Below, one piece after another: positions 35,073 to 48,933 of a stretch of 64,000 bases of DNA. Made by a program: the position numbers and the translations under genes. The notes beneath the pieces are model-generated. The model did no database searches, was not told where the DNA came from, and saw only the letters and a list, made by a program, of their open reading frames with translations. The stretch lies in contig NC_057743.1 in NCBI RefSeq assembly GCF_004010195.1, positions 19,536,192 through 19,600,191 on the forward strand, given 5' to 3'. Numbering within the stretch: position 1 is the first letter of the stretch; every line of letters starts with the position of its first letter. Source of the stretch: Chiloscyllium plagiosum (lineage: Eukaryota).

Positions 35073-37892
35073 CTGAAAAATAAAGAGATCATTTACAATG
35101 GCACCGAAATAGAAAGGTTTGCACCATCGAATTGTTTAATATAAAAGAGTTCCAAGGTCATTTACAAATCCGGGAATTTTTAAAGGCACAGATTCAAGAG
35201 TCATTCCAAGTAGTAAAGCAGGTTAACAAAGCCATTTAAACATTTTAACAAAACACCTAAGTTCATATAAAGAGGAAACAAATTAAAAAGCAGAGATTTT
35301 TTGTTATACAGAAATTCCATTGAACTGCACTGGAAGACTTTTCTGGTCTTCCAAGAAAAAAATGTCGAAAAACTGGAGGAAGTACAAAACATAATTTACA
35401 ACCACAGCTTGCATTTGTATAGCACCTTTAACATAAAAGAAGGTCCCAAAGCACTTTGCGGGAGCATTATAAAACTAAATGAGGCACCAAGCCATATAAG
35501 GAGAAATCAGGGCAGATGACCTTAGTCGAAATGGGTTTTAAGTAAGTGATATCTTAAAGGAGAAAAGAGTGGTCAAAAGGCATAGAGGTTTTAAAAGAGA
35601 ATTCAAGGGCCTAAGCAGCTGAAGGTATTACCACCAACTATGGAGCAATTAAAATCAGGAATGTTCAGGTGGTCAAAATGAGAAGATTGCTGATATTTTG
35701 ACAGAGAGAAGACAAAACTGTGAAGTGATTTGAAAACAAGTTTGAGAATTTTAAAAATAGGCATGATTTAAAAAGATGGTGCCAGAGCTGAGATGTTCTA
35801 ATGAAGGACTGAACATGTTGAATCCTTCTCTCTAGAAATACCTGAGCAATTATCTGATTAAGGCCTTTAAAATTATGAAGGGGTCTGATTGTGGTAGATT
35901 TAGAATAGATATTTCCACTTTGTGAGGAGGGGAGAGGGGGTGAATTCAAAGTTATAGACCATTGATATAGTGTTGTCACTATAAATCCAATTCTCTGCAG
36001 CTGTAACACTTTATTCTGTTCTATTACCCTGATGTATTAATTTAAGGTATGATTTGTCTGGTTAGTAAGCAAAATAATACTTTCCACTGTATCTCAGTAC
36101 ATGTGACAATAATAAATCAAATCAAATAAGAAAATAACCAGAAACTCATATGCCCAGAGACTGGTAAGAACGTAGAACTTTCTACCACATTAAGTAGTTG
36201 AACTGAGTAGCAGGGATAGATGAATTTAAGGAGAAGCTAGACAAACATGAGGGAGAAAAGAATAGATGGATATGTTGATGGATTGAGATAAACATGGCGA
36301 AATGAGCCTTGTGTATTTTAATTCACTCATGGGACGTAGGTATCATTGGCCAAAATTTATTCCCTGTTCCTAGTTGCCACTGAGAATTTGGTAGTGAGCT
36401 GCCTTCTTGAACCTCTACAGTCCATGTGCTGTAGGTAGACCCACAATGCCCTTAGGGAGGGAATTCTGGCATTTTGACCCAGTCACACTGAGGAATGTTG
36501 ATTATATTTCCAAGTCAGGATGGTGAGTGGCTTGGAGGGGAACTTGCATGTGGTGGTGTTCTCATGTAACTGCTGCCTTTGTCCTTCTAAATGGAAGTGG
36601 TCAAGGGTATGTAATGTGTTCTCAGAGGATATTTGGTGATTTTCTGCAGTACATCTTGTAGATAGCACACACTGCTGTGACCGAGTATCGGTGGTGGAGG
36701 GAGTGGATGTTTGTGACCGTGGTGCCAATCAAGTGGGCTGCTTTGTCCTGGATGCTGTCAAACTTCTTGAGTGTTGTTGGGAGGTGCACTTATCCAGACA
36801 AGTGAGAAGTATTCCATCACAATGGGGAGTCAGGAGGTGGGTTACTCACCAGAGTATTCCTGACCTTTGACCTGCTCTTGGAGCCACTTGTTTGTGTGGC
36901 GAGTCCAGTTGAGTTTCTGGTCAATGTTGATGGTGGAGGATTCAGTGAGTGTAACACCATTGAATGTCAAGGTACGGAGGTTAGATTGTCTCTTATTGGA
37001 GATGGTCATTGGCTGGCATTTGTGTGGCACAAATGTTACTTGCCAGGTGTTAGCCAAAGCCTGGATATTGTCCAGATCCTTTTGCACTGCTTCGAAATCT
37101 GAGGAGTTGGGAATGGTATTGAACATTGTTGTCTGATGATTGCACATCCTGACTTCTGACCTTATGATAGAGGGGAGGTTATTGATAAAGCAGCTGAAGA
37201 TGGTTTGGGCCTAGAATCGATGGAGGAACTTCTGCAGAGATGCCCTGGAGCTGAAATAACTGACCTCCAACAAAAACAATCATCTTCCTATGTGCCAGGT
37301 ACAATCCAACCAGTGGAGAGTTTGCCCCTGATACCCATTCATTCCAGCTCCTTGATGCCACACTCAGTCAAGAGCAGCCTCAATGTGAAGGGCTGTCACT
37401 TTCATCTCCCCTCTGGAATTCAGCTCTCTTGACGATATTAGAACCAAGGCTGTAATGAGGTCAGGAGCTGAGTGGTCCTGGCAGAACCCAAATTGGGTGT
37501 CACTGAGCACCTTAGTGCTGAGAAGGTGCTGCTCGATAGCACTGTTGATGACGGCTTCCACCATTTTACTCATGATCAAGGTAGTCTGATGGAGTAGTAT
37601 TTGGCTGGGTTGGATTTGTCCTGCTTTTTGTGTACAGGACATACCTGTCCAATTTTCCACATTGTCAGGGAGATGCCAGTGTTATAACTATACTTGAAGA
37701 GCTTGGTTAGGGGAGTAGCAAGTTCTGAAGCACAAGACTTCAATAGTATGGCCAGAATGTTGTCAAGACCTCAAGCCTTTGCAGTATCCAGTGCCTCTGA
37801 CTATTTCTTGATATCATTTGGAATGAAATGAATTGGCTGATGACTGGTATGTGTGATGCTGGGAACCATTGGTCAAGACCAAGTTGGATAAT

Positions 37893-39119
37893 TGTCACAA
37901 AGCTAGTCCCTTTTTTGTCTAAAAACTGTTCCTTGGCTCAAGGAGACTATGTCCTTGCTTTTTTTCAAAGTGGCAATACACTGGGCTGGGCTCCAATCAA
38001 TCTGGTTTAGTACAGAGCTGAAAAGGATTTTGAGAGGCCTTTTGTTTATATGTAAACTTATGAGACTTCAGGTCAAAGAAGTGACCTGTACAATGAAAGA
38101 GGAGTGGTCAGCTCTCTAGCTGAGCTGAGCAGTTCAAAGTTTGTGAGAAGATTTGTAGCTCGGGTGCTCGTTGTTGTGGTTCTGTTCGCCGAGCTGGGAG
38201 TTTGTGTTGCAGACGTTTCGTCCCCTGTCTAGGTGACATCCTCAGTGCTTGGGAGCCTCCTGTGAAGCGCTTTTGTGATCTTTCCTCCGGCATTTGTAGT
38301 GGTTTGAATCTGCCGCTTCCGGTTGTCAGTTCCAGCTGTCTGCTACAGTGGTCGGTATATTGGGTCCAGGTCGATGTGCTTATTGATTGAATCTGTGGAT
38401 GAGTGCCATGCTTCTAGGACAACACTACTATTATAGGACAAGCCAAACAATTCCCTGGCTGGGAATTCATTCACAAACTCCATCAACAAACACATCGACC
38501 TGGACCCAATATACCAACCACTACAGCGGACAGCTGAAACTGACAACCAGAAGCGGCAGGGACAGACCACTATAAACACCGGAGGAAACATCAAAGAAGC
38601 GCTTCGCAGGAGGCTCCCAAGCACTGATGATGTCGCCTAGCCAGGGGACAAAACGTTTGCAACAAAAACTTCCAGCTCGGCGAACAGAACCACAACAATG
38701 AGCTGAGCAGTTTTAGTTCAGTCTTGAGTTGGTTGGAAGTTCAACATTTAGTTCAGTCTTGAGTTGGTTGGAAGTTCAACAGGGAGCTGCGTGGAAACTC
38801 TCTCTCTCTTTCTCCCCTTCAGCTTCAACCTGTAAGCATGTGTTCTATTTATACCGGTTTTTAGAGGGAGTTTGCTTGTTGTGTATGTTCAGAACAGCAT
38901 AATTAAGTCGAGTTGGATAGACTGAGTTCTGTAGGGGTTCTTTATTCTGTTCTTTGTGTTTCATTGTATAATTTTGTGAATAAATTTTTGTCTGTTTTAA
39001 AATCTAGTAGCTAACATAATCTGGGTAATTTCACTGTACACTTACTGAAACAAATTGCAAAGTATGGTCTGAGCTGCCTGCTTAAGAATGTTTTGAATGG
39101 TCTGGCTTAGTCCATAACA
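37893..39119 (+). mobile_element. Solo LTR (TG...CA), itself interrupted by a Penelope element
   Basis: tgtcacaaag...ccataaca termini with weak inverted ends, imperfect 4-bp TSD taat/tcat and AATAAA at ~38979. LINE sequence resumes on both sides. Confidence 0.65.
38135..38698. mobile_element. Third-family Penelope-like fold-back element with 14-bp TSD
   Basis: ~240 bp inverted arms. TSD tgagctgagcagtt at 38121-38134 and 38699-38712. Hammerhead-like CTGATGA-tgtc...gac-(G/A)AAA-cgt in both arms. Confidence 0.82.
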
Positions 39120-41247
39120 TCATCCGTTTAGCACTTCTGGCTAAAGATTGCCTAGTCTTTTGCACTAATATGTTAGGTTCTTCCATTATTGAGGATGGGG
39201 ATACTTATGGAGGCTTTGTCAAAGCTATCTCATGTCCCCTTTTTGCCCTCCTGATTTCCCTCTCAAGTATACTCCTACTTCCTTTATAGTCTTCTAAGGA
39301 TTCACTCGATCTATCCTGTCTATGCCTTACATATGCTTCCTTCTATTTCGTAACCAAATCCTCAATTACTTTAGAATCTAGTTTGGATAGACTGAGGTCT
39401 GTAGGGGTTCTTTATTCTGTTCTTTGTGTTTCATTGTATAATTTTGTGAATAAATTTTTGTCTGTTTTAAAATCTAGTAGCTAACATAATCTGGGTAATT
39501 TCACTGTACACTTACTGAAACAAATTGCAAAGTATGGTCTGAGCTGCCTGCTTAAGAATGTTTTGAATGGTCTGGCTTAGTCCATAACATCATCCGTTTA
39601 GCACTTCTGGCTAAAGATTGCCTAGTCTTTTGCACTAATATGTTAGGTTCTTCCATTATTGAGGATGGGGATACTTATGGAGGCTCTTCCTCCAGCGATT
39701 TATTTAATTGTCCACCTCCATTCAAGACTGGATGTGGCAGAACTACAGAGCTTAAATCTGAATCCATTGGAAGGTGTCATTAACATGCTCCTGACACTCT
39801 AAATTGAACCAGGGTAGATCCCCTGGCTTGATGATAAATTGATATACCAGGCCATGAGGTTACAGATTATACTGGAGTACAGTTCTGTTGCTGTTGATTG
39901 CCCACAGTACCTCTTGAATGCCCAGTCTTGAGTTGCTAGATCTGTTTGAAGTCTGTCCCAATTTGCACCGTGATATTTCCACACAACATGATATCTCAGT
40001 GTGAAGTTGGGGCTTTGACTCCACTAGGATTACAGTGTGGTGTATAAAAACTGCCATTGATCAGTTAGACAGAATGAGCCATCTTTGTATCGTACAATTC
40101 TGTGTCAATACTACCCAATAGGGATAGAGAAAAGAAACACTAATCACAAAAGGAAGATATTAATACGTGACAGCTGAGTCAAAGATTTTTTAAAAGTGGA
40201 TGGATGGGTTTGTTTAACGAGGAATAACCAAGTGTATCAATGAGAAAGCTAAAGGTTCGTTACCAATAGGAGGGAGAGAGCAAGGCTGGGATGTTACACA
40301 GCAGAGTTGTGCATTAGGCAAAGGAAATATCAGTGAGGCAGCTTAGGGCTTCACCATCTTCTAAAAACTTCCTGGTTTTTATTATTTCTCTTCATGGTTG
40401 CAAAGACCATGTCCCTTTTGCTGAATATAACTCATACTGCACTTGCCTCTCTTAGCTTACAATTCCTTCTAAACTTCTACATTTCAAAGTTTCCACAGAT
40501 TATAGAAACAGCAGGGCCATAGAACAGTACACTGAAGGGTCAACTGGAGAACCTTATATTAAATAGCCAGTTAACAAGAATAGAAATCAACAGGATCTTG
40601 CTTTCAAAGAAGGGAGGTCAAACTGAAGTTTTGACAGAATTCTTACATTTTGTCCCATTTTACCCTTTCTTTTCCTGAGGACATAAACTCCTTCCTGTGG
40701 CTTAGGTTTCACAACTACTGGCTACCACATTAGGGGTATTCCATCCCTATGTTACATATGCTGCCAAGCAATAAGACTTGTTAGGATAAATTCTCTGATA
40801 GGAATTTCACAGCTGACTTGAGCCTACCACACCCCTCACACTGCACAACCTCTGAAAAGGAATACTGGACACTGATCAGGCTTAGAACCTTGTCGGATTT
40901 ATTCCCAACCCCCTTGGCACCTGAATCTGGACATCCTAGCTCAGAGATGGGGACATCACCATTGCATCACAAGAACTGCCCCACCCCCCCAACTCCCCCC
41001 CGCTCCATGTGCTTTAATCCTGAGATACCAAAATCCCAACAGCCATCTTTGGTTTAGATCAGTCAACTCAACACAAACGGTTGATAGAAACTGGAACCTT
41101 GTGAGTCTGTATAGCACAGTGTCACACCAGGTAGTCCATTAAGTCACTGTGGAGTAAGGATAGATGGCCATGGCTTCCCCCTTTCACTTCCTTGCTATCA
41201 ATCTAGTAGATTACTAATTCCTCTGTCGCTATACTGTCAATTCTCAC

Positions 41248-41656
41248 CTTGCATGTAAATAATCAGCAATGTGTAGCAGATGGTAAGGGGAGTCCAAAAT
41301 CTTATTGCCTCGGATGTAGTGATGAAGTCGCTGTTAATGAGGAAGATGGCTGCTGTATCTGCCACGATGAACACAACCTTCAAGGCATTGCACAGCAGCC
41401 TAGGAATCTGATGCCAGGTGGTCAGGAGCAGGATGCACACCCCACAGTATCGCTCCTTACTGTGTAATTCATACATTGTGTTGATGTGCTTTGCCAGTTT
41501 CCAAACATACCACATGAGGAGGCTGGCGAGGCTAGCACTAAGCACCAAGCTTAGCGTCGAGTGAGGAGCTCCATCATTCAGGAAGCTCAGGCTGGTTGTC
41601 ATTCCACAACCCACAGAGAACTGGCACAATAGGAAGGTCTGTGTCCTGGAGGTTCC
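41248..41656 (-). CDS. TMEM82: TMEM82 exon 4
   Basis: GTSRTQTFLLCQFSVGCGMTTSLSFLNDGAPHSTL...YELHSKERYCGVC...DFITTSEAIRFWTPLTICYTLLIIYMQ. AG/GT boundaries, phases 0 to 1. Confidence 0.95.
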
Positions 41657-42654
41657 CTGAAAACCAGTTTAAAAGTTCAGTCTTACAACTTTTTATATCT
41701 GTCTGTTTTCAACTTAATAGCAAATTAACTTTAAAGACAAGGAACAATTGCCTGTCACTTTGTACCCCTGTTACCTCTGGTCACAATGTGCCCATTTACC
41801 TACTTATACCCTGTATCTGTTTAGTTTCTTGCAATCAATTGTCTGTGATGTTCCAGAGTTTCTGTTTTAATTTTCAATTATACTTAATTCTGTGAACACT
41901 CCTCTCAGTTAGTTTCAAAGACTTAAAAGTCCATCTCCTTCAGCTTGGTCCTTAGATTGTACTCTTGCAATTTTCATGTCTGCACTAACTCTCAGCTCTT
42001 GACTGATTCTGATCAAATGGCCCAGCTGATAAGTATACTAAGCTACACAGCATGATTCCAAGTCTGATGACTGCTCTGCACTACATGGTTTAGCTAACAG
42101 CAGGGGTTTAACTGATCTAGACACATCTGGGATTGTGAAAGGTAAAAATCAGGATTCCTGCTCCTGACTCCCATACAGAGACCCCCATTTGCGAGGCTGT
42201 GAGGTGTTGACCTCAGATGGGACAGGAACAGCTGAGCTCCACATCCAGCTGGGAACATACCACTCACACTCTGTGAAAGAACCTAAGTTAGTGGGGGCTT
42301 TGCTCAGGTGAATGTTCTGCCTATTGAAGAGGGGGAATCGAATTTGAGTCTGGTGAGATGGTTAATGTTTAAAACTTAAAATATTATACAGTTCCTGTGA
42401 GATCCTGCAACTAATGGCTCACAGACCAGAATGAGTCATGCAAAAATGGCATGAGGCATGAGTAAAAACTGACACATACTTCGCCCAGAATTCACCACTA
42501 GCTCTTATCTCCCGAAGTTATAACAGTATCAAGGTGACTGATTACCTATGTGACCTTTGAACCCTATACTCTGGAAGGGCAGAGATCTGTATGGCTATTG
42601 TTCACTGACTCTGTGTGTCACCTTGTGGAACATAATAAGACCAAAGAAACTTAC

Positions 42655-42832
42655 ATCTTTGTTGGAAAGTAGCGTAGAAATGATTCGAAGGGAGAATTCG
42701 AGTACTATCAGGGAAGATACTCTGTATCCCACAACAGAGAACAGGACAGTCAGGATGCAAAAATATAGAGAATCCAGAATTTGTTGCCGGGAATTCAATT
42801 TTGCAGCTCTGACCCCAGCTCGGGTAGGTTCA
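42655..42832 (-). CDS. TMEM82: TMEM82 exon 3
   Basis: ...LTVLFSVVGYRVSSLIVLEFSLRIISTLLSNKD. AG/GTAAG boundaries, phases 2 to 0. Confidence 0.93.
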
Positions 42833-43384
42833 CTGAAACAATAAAATGGCAGATTTTCCTCATCATTGATTCAAGCTCTTTTTTTTCCTCCCACACTCTT
42901 GAATCCTTCACACTACAGAAGCCTAAAGAGTTCCTGGTTTGACTGCACTCCTAGTCTGGTTGCTGGCAGGGCCAGAGAATGGTTGTGAGATGACTGTCTT
43001 CCATCGTGCTTTCTCATCAGGGTGAGATGAGATATAAATGCCAACACTCCCCGTTCCCTCTCTGTTGTTTCCAATGATTTCTCAGGATGAAAAGGGATGA
43101 AATCTCAATTTTTTTATTGCTATTTAAATATTTTCTGCCATTCTATAAACAAGCAGCAGCAAACAATTACTGCAGAACACAACTGTCTAATGGATTCTCT
43201 CTAAGAGGTAATCAAAGCACTGTACACACAATTATTTATTTTTTACATTCGCAAATGTGGCAGCTGTATTGCACACAGAAAGATGTACTAAAATCAATGA
43301 CATGAATTACAATTTTGTTTATTCTCCTGGTTTTATATAATGAATATATGTCAGGAAACTGGGATAATTCCTCACTCTTGTTTG

Positions 43385-44042
43385 ACAGGGCCAATGGGCT
43401 GAGAAGTGGTAGATGGAGTTTAATTCAGATAAATGTGAGGTGCTGCATTTTGGGAAAGCAAATCTTAGCAGGACTTATACACTTAATGGTAAGGTCCCAG
43501 GGAGTGTTGCTGAACAAAGAGACCTTGGAGTGCAGGTTCATAGCTCCTTGAAAGTGAAGTCGCAGGTAGATAGGATAGTGAAGAAGACGTCTGGTATGCT
43601 TTCCTTTATTGGTCAGAGTATTGAGTACAGGAGTTGGGAGGTCATGTTGCGGCTGTACAGGACATTGGTTAGGCCACTGTTGGAATACTGCATGCACTTC
43701 TGGTGTCCTTCCTATCAGAAAGATGTTGCGAAACTTGAAAGGGTTCAGAAAAGATTTACAAGGATGTTGCTAGGTTTGTTGGAGGATTTTAGCTATAGGG
43801 AGAGGCTGAACAGGCTGGGGCTGTTTTCCTTGGAGCATTGGAGGCTGAGGGGTGAAGTGGTGGAGGCTGGTACAATTGCATAATTTAAGAGGCATTTGGA
43901 TGGGTATATGAATAGGAAGGGTTTGGAGGGATATGGGCCGGGTGCTGGCAGGTGGGACTAGATTGGATTGGGATATCTGGTCGGCATGGACTGGTCGGAC
44001 CGAAGGATCTGTTTCCATGCTGTACATCTTTATGACTCTATA
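43385..44042 (+). mobile_element. CR1 (HER1-like) LINE 3' fragment
   Basis: MEFNSDKCEVLHFG...RTLVRPLLEYC..FW, with tail tatgactctat. Confidence 0.9.
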
Positions 44043-44424
44043 GTTGCCACATGTTCGTAAACATTCAAGGTATCAAGGCAAGGCACTGGATTAATATCTC
44101 ATTTGAACAAGGATGGCCTTACAGCAACTGATCATCAAAACAGGAGAAGAGGTAGGGTGTAAAATGTTGTACATTGATCTACTGGATGTTATGAATCATC
44201 CAAGATCAAAGATCAAAGATCAGACTGACAATCAAACACGTCAACTGTGGCTCTGGAGCTAATGTTAATGGAAGAGAGATAAAGCTAAGTGCACATACAA
44301 AGGAGGATTTCAAATTTGTTGAAGACATTATTGAAAGACAGCATGTAGATGTTGCTTAGGAAGAATAGAGTCTTAGAAGTGACTTTGTGGGATACGAAAA
44401 GAAACTGCTGAGGAAATATAGTGA

Positions 44425-44990
44425 CTGAGAGAGGAATTTAACACAAATGTAGGGAGTTTCAGTTGTATGTGGCATTAGTGAGACCATACCTGCCATACTG
44501 GTTACAGTCTTGGACTCATTATTTAAGAAAACACATAAACACTTTGAAAGAAGTTCAGAGCAGGTTTACTATACTAATACAGAAAATGGCTGGATTGTTT
44601 TCTAAGGAAAGATTGGACAGACAATGCTTGTATCTAATAGAGTTTAGATGAGTAAAAGGTAACTTGATTCAAACATAAATGGCCTTGATGTGGATGTGGA
44701 AAGGATGCTTCCTCTTCTAGGAGCATTCAGAATCAGAGTTAAACCATTTATGACTGAGATATGGTGAGGTGTTTTTTCCTGACAGTGGGTTGCAAGTCTT
44801 TAGAAAGCTCTTCCTCAAAAGTGGGTGGGATCAGAGTCTTTGACTATTTTCAAGGCAAAGATTCATGATTAACAAGAAAGTGAAAGTTTATGGGGGAAGA
44901 TAGGAACATGGAATAATCCGACTAGCCATGATCTTAGTGAATGGCAGAGTAGGTTTGAGCGGCCTCGTCCTACTCCTAGGTCATATGTTC
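44425..44990 (+). mobile_element. Degraded CR1 3' fragment
   Basis: LYVALVRPYLPYWLQSW...EVQSRFT. Confidence 0.7.
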
Positions 44991-47571
44991 AACTGTGTTA
45001 AGAAATGGAGCCATAAGTAGTTTTAGGGAGTGTGGGGAACATCTTCAAAGCATACATAGAAAGTGAACTGGGTTAGGGGGAACAGTAAGCTGTAAACTGG
45101 ATAGGAAGCATTTTGTTTCCAAAATTGAAGTTAATGTCTCAGTCACAAAGATACTTCTCTGTTCAAAGTTAATGATTTTACCACATGTGACCGATTACCC
45201 AGTATTTATTCCATAACAACCTACATTATATAGTACCTTTAACATAGTAAAACGTCATTTTACAGGTGATTACTTCAAGAAATTGACACCGATCCAAGAA
45301 AGGAGACAGGTGGCAAAAACTTGATTAAAAAAACAGGTTTTAAGGAGTGTCCTACAAGAAGAGAGAGAATTACAGAGGTTTGGTAAGGTAAGGGTTGGCA
45401 AATTCCAGAATTCAGGATTCAGTCTGCTGAAGGCAGAGCTGCCAACAGTAGGACAAAGGAAGATGGGGACACACAAATGGTTAGAGTTGGAGGAATGCAG
45501 AATTAATGAAAAGTTGCAGGACCATACAGAGTTAGTTAGGAACAAAAGAAGTAATCTTAACACAAAGTTGAGAATGTTAAATTTGAGCTGTTGCAGCACT
45601 AGGAGCTTTTACAGCTCAGTGACCTTTGGAATGATGGGTTTACAGGACTTGATGTGAGAGGATACAGCCAGAGTTTTGGATGGCATCAGGTTTTTGGAAA
45701 GAGAGTGATAGAGGTCAGTTAAGAGAGCACTGTATTCAGTTAAAAACCATCACATGTGCTGGACAAAACGATAAACTTTTCTGCTTTCTCTGAAGTCTAC
45801 AGTAAGAACTGTTACATATCGCCTTAGATATTAAAATTCCAAAGCAGAATTTGAAAGGGGTTTGGGTTTGAATTCCTCAGTATGTGCAAGTAGTGTACCA
45901 TATGAAATTTGGAACATTTAAACAATCTGTCTTCATTTGAGATAAGAATAGTTAGTTCTGATTCTCAAAAGCATAAACAGGAACTACTGTGTCTGGTTGT
46001 CACATGATGAGTGAGACAAATGAGGAATTGGGGGAAGAAAACAGGATGTACGTTATTCTAAATTTTCTACGCTGGCCCTGACCCATGGAGCCAAAAATGG
46101 AACATGTCTCATATTATGGGAGTAGCTTGACTATGTCTATTAAAGTATGCAATGTATCAGCATGCTGCAACAAGGATGCAGGGTCAAAGATTATCGTACT
46201 GAGGAGCTTAGCATTTCAGAGACAGTACCATTGTAGTTGTGAGATATATCAGAAACTGCTACAATGAGGAGTGTGACAATATAACTGACAACTACAATAA
46301 AGAAATGGATGACGTATCTGGAAATGTGGTATTGAGGGTGTGAGATTTTGTAAAGTATGCTGCAATAAAACAGTACTCAAGGATGAATTAGACAGATTTT
46401 TGGATTGAAAACAAAACGTGCTGGAGATCACGGCAGGTCAGGCAACATCCATGGAGAAAACATAAGCTAATGTTGAATCTAGATGTCTCTTTATCAGAGA
46501 CAAAGTGAAGTGTGGAGAGGGCTGCATTTATGCAATAGGTTGGGTTGGGGGTTGGGTGGGGGTGGTTGGACTGCTGGAGGAGAAAGGATGTTGATAGTTC
46601 AGATTAAGTGATCGGAATGCGAAAAGGGTAGAACTGTGGTGTGTCTAACTGTCAGACTGGAAAGAACAGACAGTCTCACTGGAATGAAGGGAGGGGAGAG
46701 AAGATATGGCGACAGAGAATGTAGCAAAGCTAAAGCAAGGGAATGAATGGGTTCACAATTTGAAGGTACTGAACTCAATATTGAGCCCAAAAAGTTGTTA
46801 AGGTTTTTGTATTGACAAGGAAAGCGAGGATCATGGGGGCAGGTAGGAAAGCTGAGTTAAGGTCAAATCAGATCAGCCATGGTTTTATTGCCAGCAGTAC
46901 AGTGGAGAGAGGACAAAAACTTTACTTCAGCTCTTACTTCATCCAATCTCAGAGTTACAAGATAATAATGGATGAGAAAAGAGTCAACCACTTTAACGTG
47001 AACTGGGCGATCAGTATTGCATGTCAGACAGTTGCCACACATTTCTGACTGCAGCAACTTCTTCACACTGCTCCACGAATTTCAGATGGCGTGGATGTTA
47101 AAGTTACAGTGAGGTGGATAGGATCTGCCGACGGTACTATTGGATGGTGGTATCAAAAGATTGTCACACAGAGGTGTGGAACAGGTTTTGAAGCGTTACA
47201 TTAAAGGGGTGAGTGAACTAGAAGGTGTTACCACCAGTGGTGCATTATGTTAAATATGACTAGTAAAACAAAGATGCGAACAATTATTCCAGTTGCATTG
47301 AGGCCTTTCCTTATTAATATTGCTGTAGATATTCTACCAAAATAACAGCAAGTTTAGATGTCAATGTCACTTTTAACATAAAAAAGAATCACCTAGCAAC
47401 TTATGCCAAGGGAGATATACCATATCAATTCTGATAGATAACTTACACAACTCCGCTGATAGCCTCACCAACCCGGAGATTCCTTCTCAACCTCTCTGCT
47501 ATTTTTATAAATGTGCCAGATTTGCACATTGAACTTAAATTGGAACTTGCTGGCAAATCAACTTGCTCAGA

Positions 47572-48933
47572 GTTGGCTAATGTGGTGCCACTATTTAAGA
47601 AAGGTGATGAAGAAAAGCTGTGAACTATACTCCAGTGAGCCTGACATTGGTGGTGGACAAGTTGTTGGAGGGAATCCCGAGGGACAGGATTTACATATAT
47701 TTGAAAAGGCAAGGATTGATTAGGGATAGTCAACATGGCTTTGCGTGCGGGAAATCGTGTCTAACTTCATTTGAGTTTTTTGAAGAAGTAACAAAGAGAA
47801 TTGATGAGAGCAGAGCAATGGACGTGATTTGTATGGAGTTCAGTAAGGCATTCAGCAAGGTTCCTCATGGTAGACTGGTTAGCAATGCGAGATCACATGG
47901 AATACAGGGAGAACTAGCTATTTGGATACAGAACTGGCTCAATGGTAGAAGACAGAGGGTGGTGGTGGAGGGTTACTTTTCAGATTGGAGGCCTGTGACT
48001 AGCGGTGTGCCACAAGGATCAGTGCTTTTTATCATAAATATAAATGATTTGGATGCGAACATAGGAGGTATGGTTAGTAAGTTTGCAGATGACACTAAAA
48101 TTGGAGCAAAGAAGGTCACCTCAGAGTACAACGGGATCTTGATTAGATGGGCCAATGGAGTGGCAGAAGGAGTTGAATTTAGAAAAATCTGAGGTGCTGC
48201 ATTTTGTGAAAGCAAATCAGAACATGATTTATACACTTAATGGTAAGGTCTTGGGGAGTGTTGCTGAACGAAGCGACCTTGGAGTGCAGGTTCACAGTTC
48301 CTTGAAAGTGGAGTCACAGATAGATAGGATAGTGAAGACGGCGTTTGGTATGCTTTCCTTTACTGGTCAGACATTGAGTATAGAAGTTGGAGGTCATGTA
48401 GCGGCTGTACAGGACATTGGTTAGGCCACTGTTGGATGTTGTGAAACTTGAAAGGGTTCCGAAAAGGTCTACAAGGATGCTGCCAGAGTTGGAGGGTTTG
48501 AGCTATAGGGAGAGGGTGAATAGGCTGGCGCTATTTTCCCTGGAGCGTTGGAGGCTGAGGGGTGACCTTATAGAGGTTCATGAAGGCATGGATAGGATGA
48601 AAAGACAAGGTCTTTTCCCCTGGAGCGGGCGAGTCCAAAACTAGAGGACATGTGTTTATGATGAGGGGGGAATGATTTAAACGGGACTTAAGGGGTAACA
48701 TTTTCATACTGAGGGTGGTGAGTGTATGGAATGAGCTGCAGGAGGAAGTGATGGATGCTGGTACAAATACAACATTTAAAAGGCATCTGGATGGATATAT
48801 GAATAAAAGAGTTTAGAGGGATTTGGGCCAAATGCTGGCAAATGGGACTAGATTAATTTAGAGTATCATGGTCGGCATCATCGAGTTGGACCAAAGGGTC
48901 TGCTTCCATTCTGTACATCTCTATGATTCTATG
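47572..48933 (+). mobile_element. CR1 (HER1-like) LINE RT region to 3' tail
   Basis: SQHGF...KSCLT, FSKAFSKVPH, SGVPQGSVL and KFADDTK, with tail ctctatgattctatg. Confidence 0.92.

Larger units (their letters stand above)
36320..40050 (-). mobile_element. LINE (CR1/L2 group) ORF2 fragment, interrupted by a solo LTR
   Basis: Minus-strand remnants QFGFCQDHSAPDLITAL...VTALHIEAALD, QKDLDNIQALANTWQVTFVPHKCQ and WKYHGANWDRLQTDLATQDW. Confidence 0.82.

Noticed and set aside
44050-44420. Possible Gypsy protease relic (VNCGSGANV)
   Set aside because: The motif is too short and degenerate to support a call without a search.
46863-47340. Minus ORF with CxxCxxC (MCGNCLTCN) as a possible zinc finger or TMEM82 exon
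   Set aside because: No recognisable family, and the TMEM82 exon phases are already complete without it.
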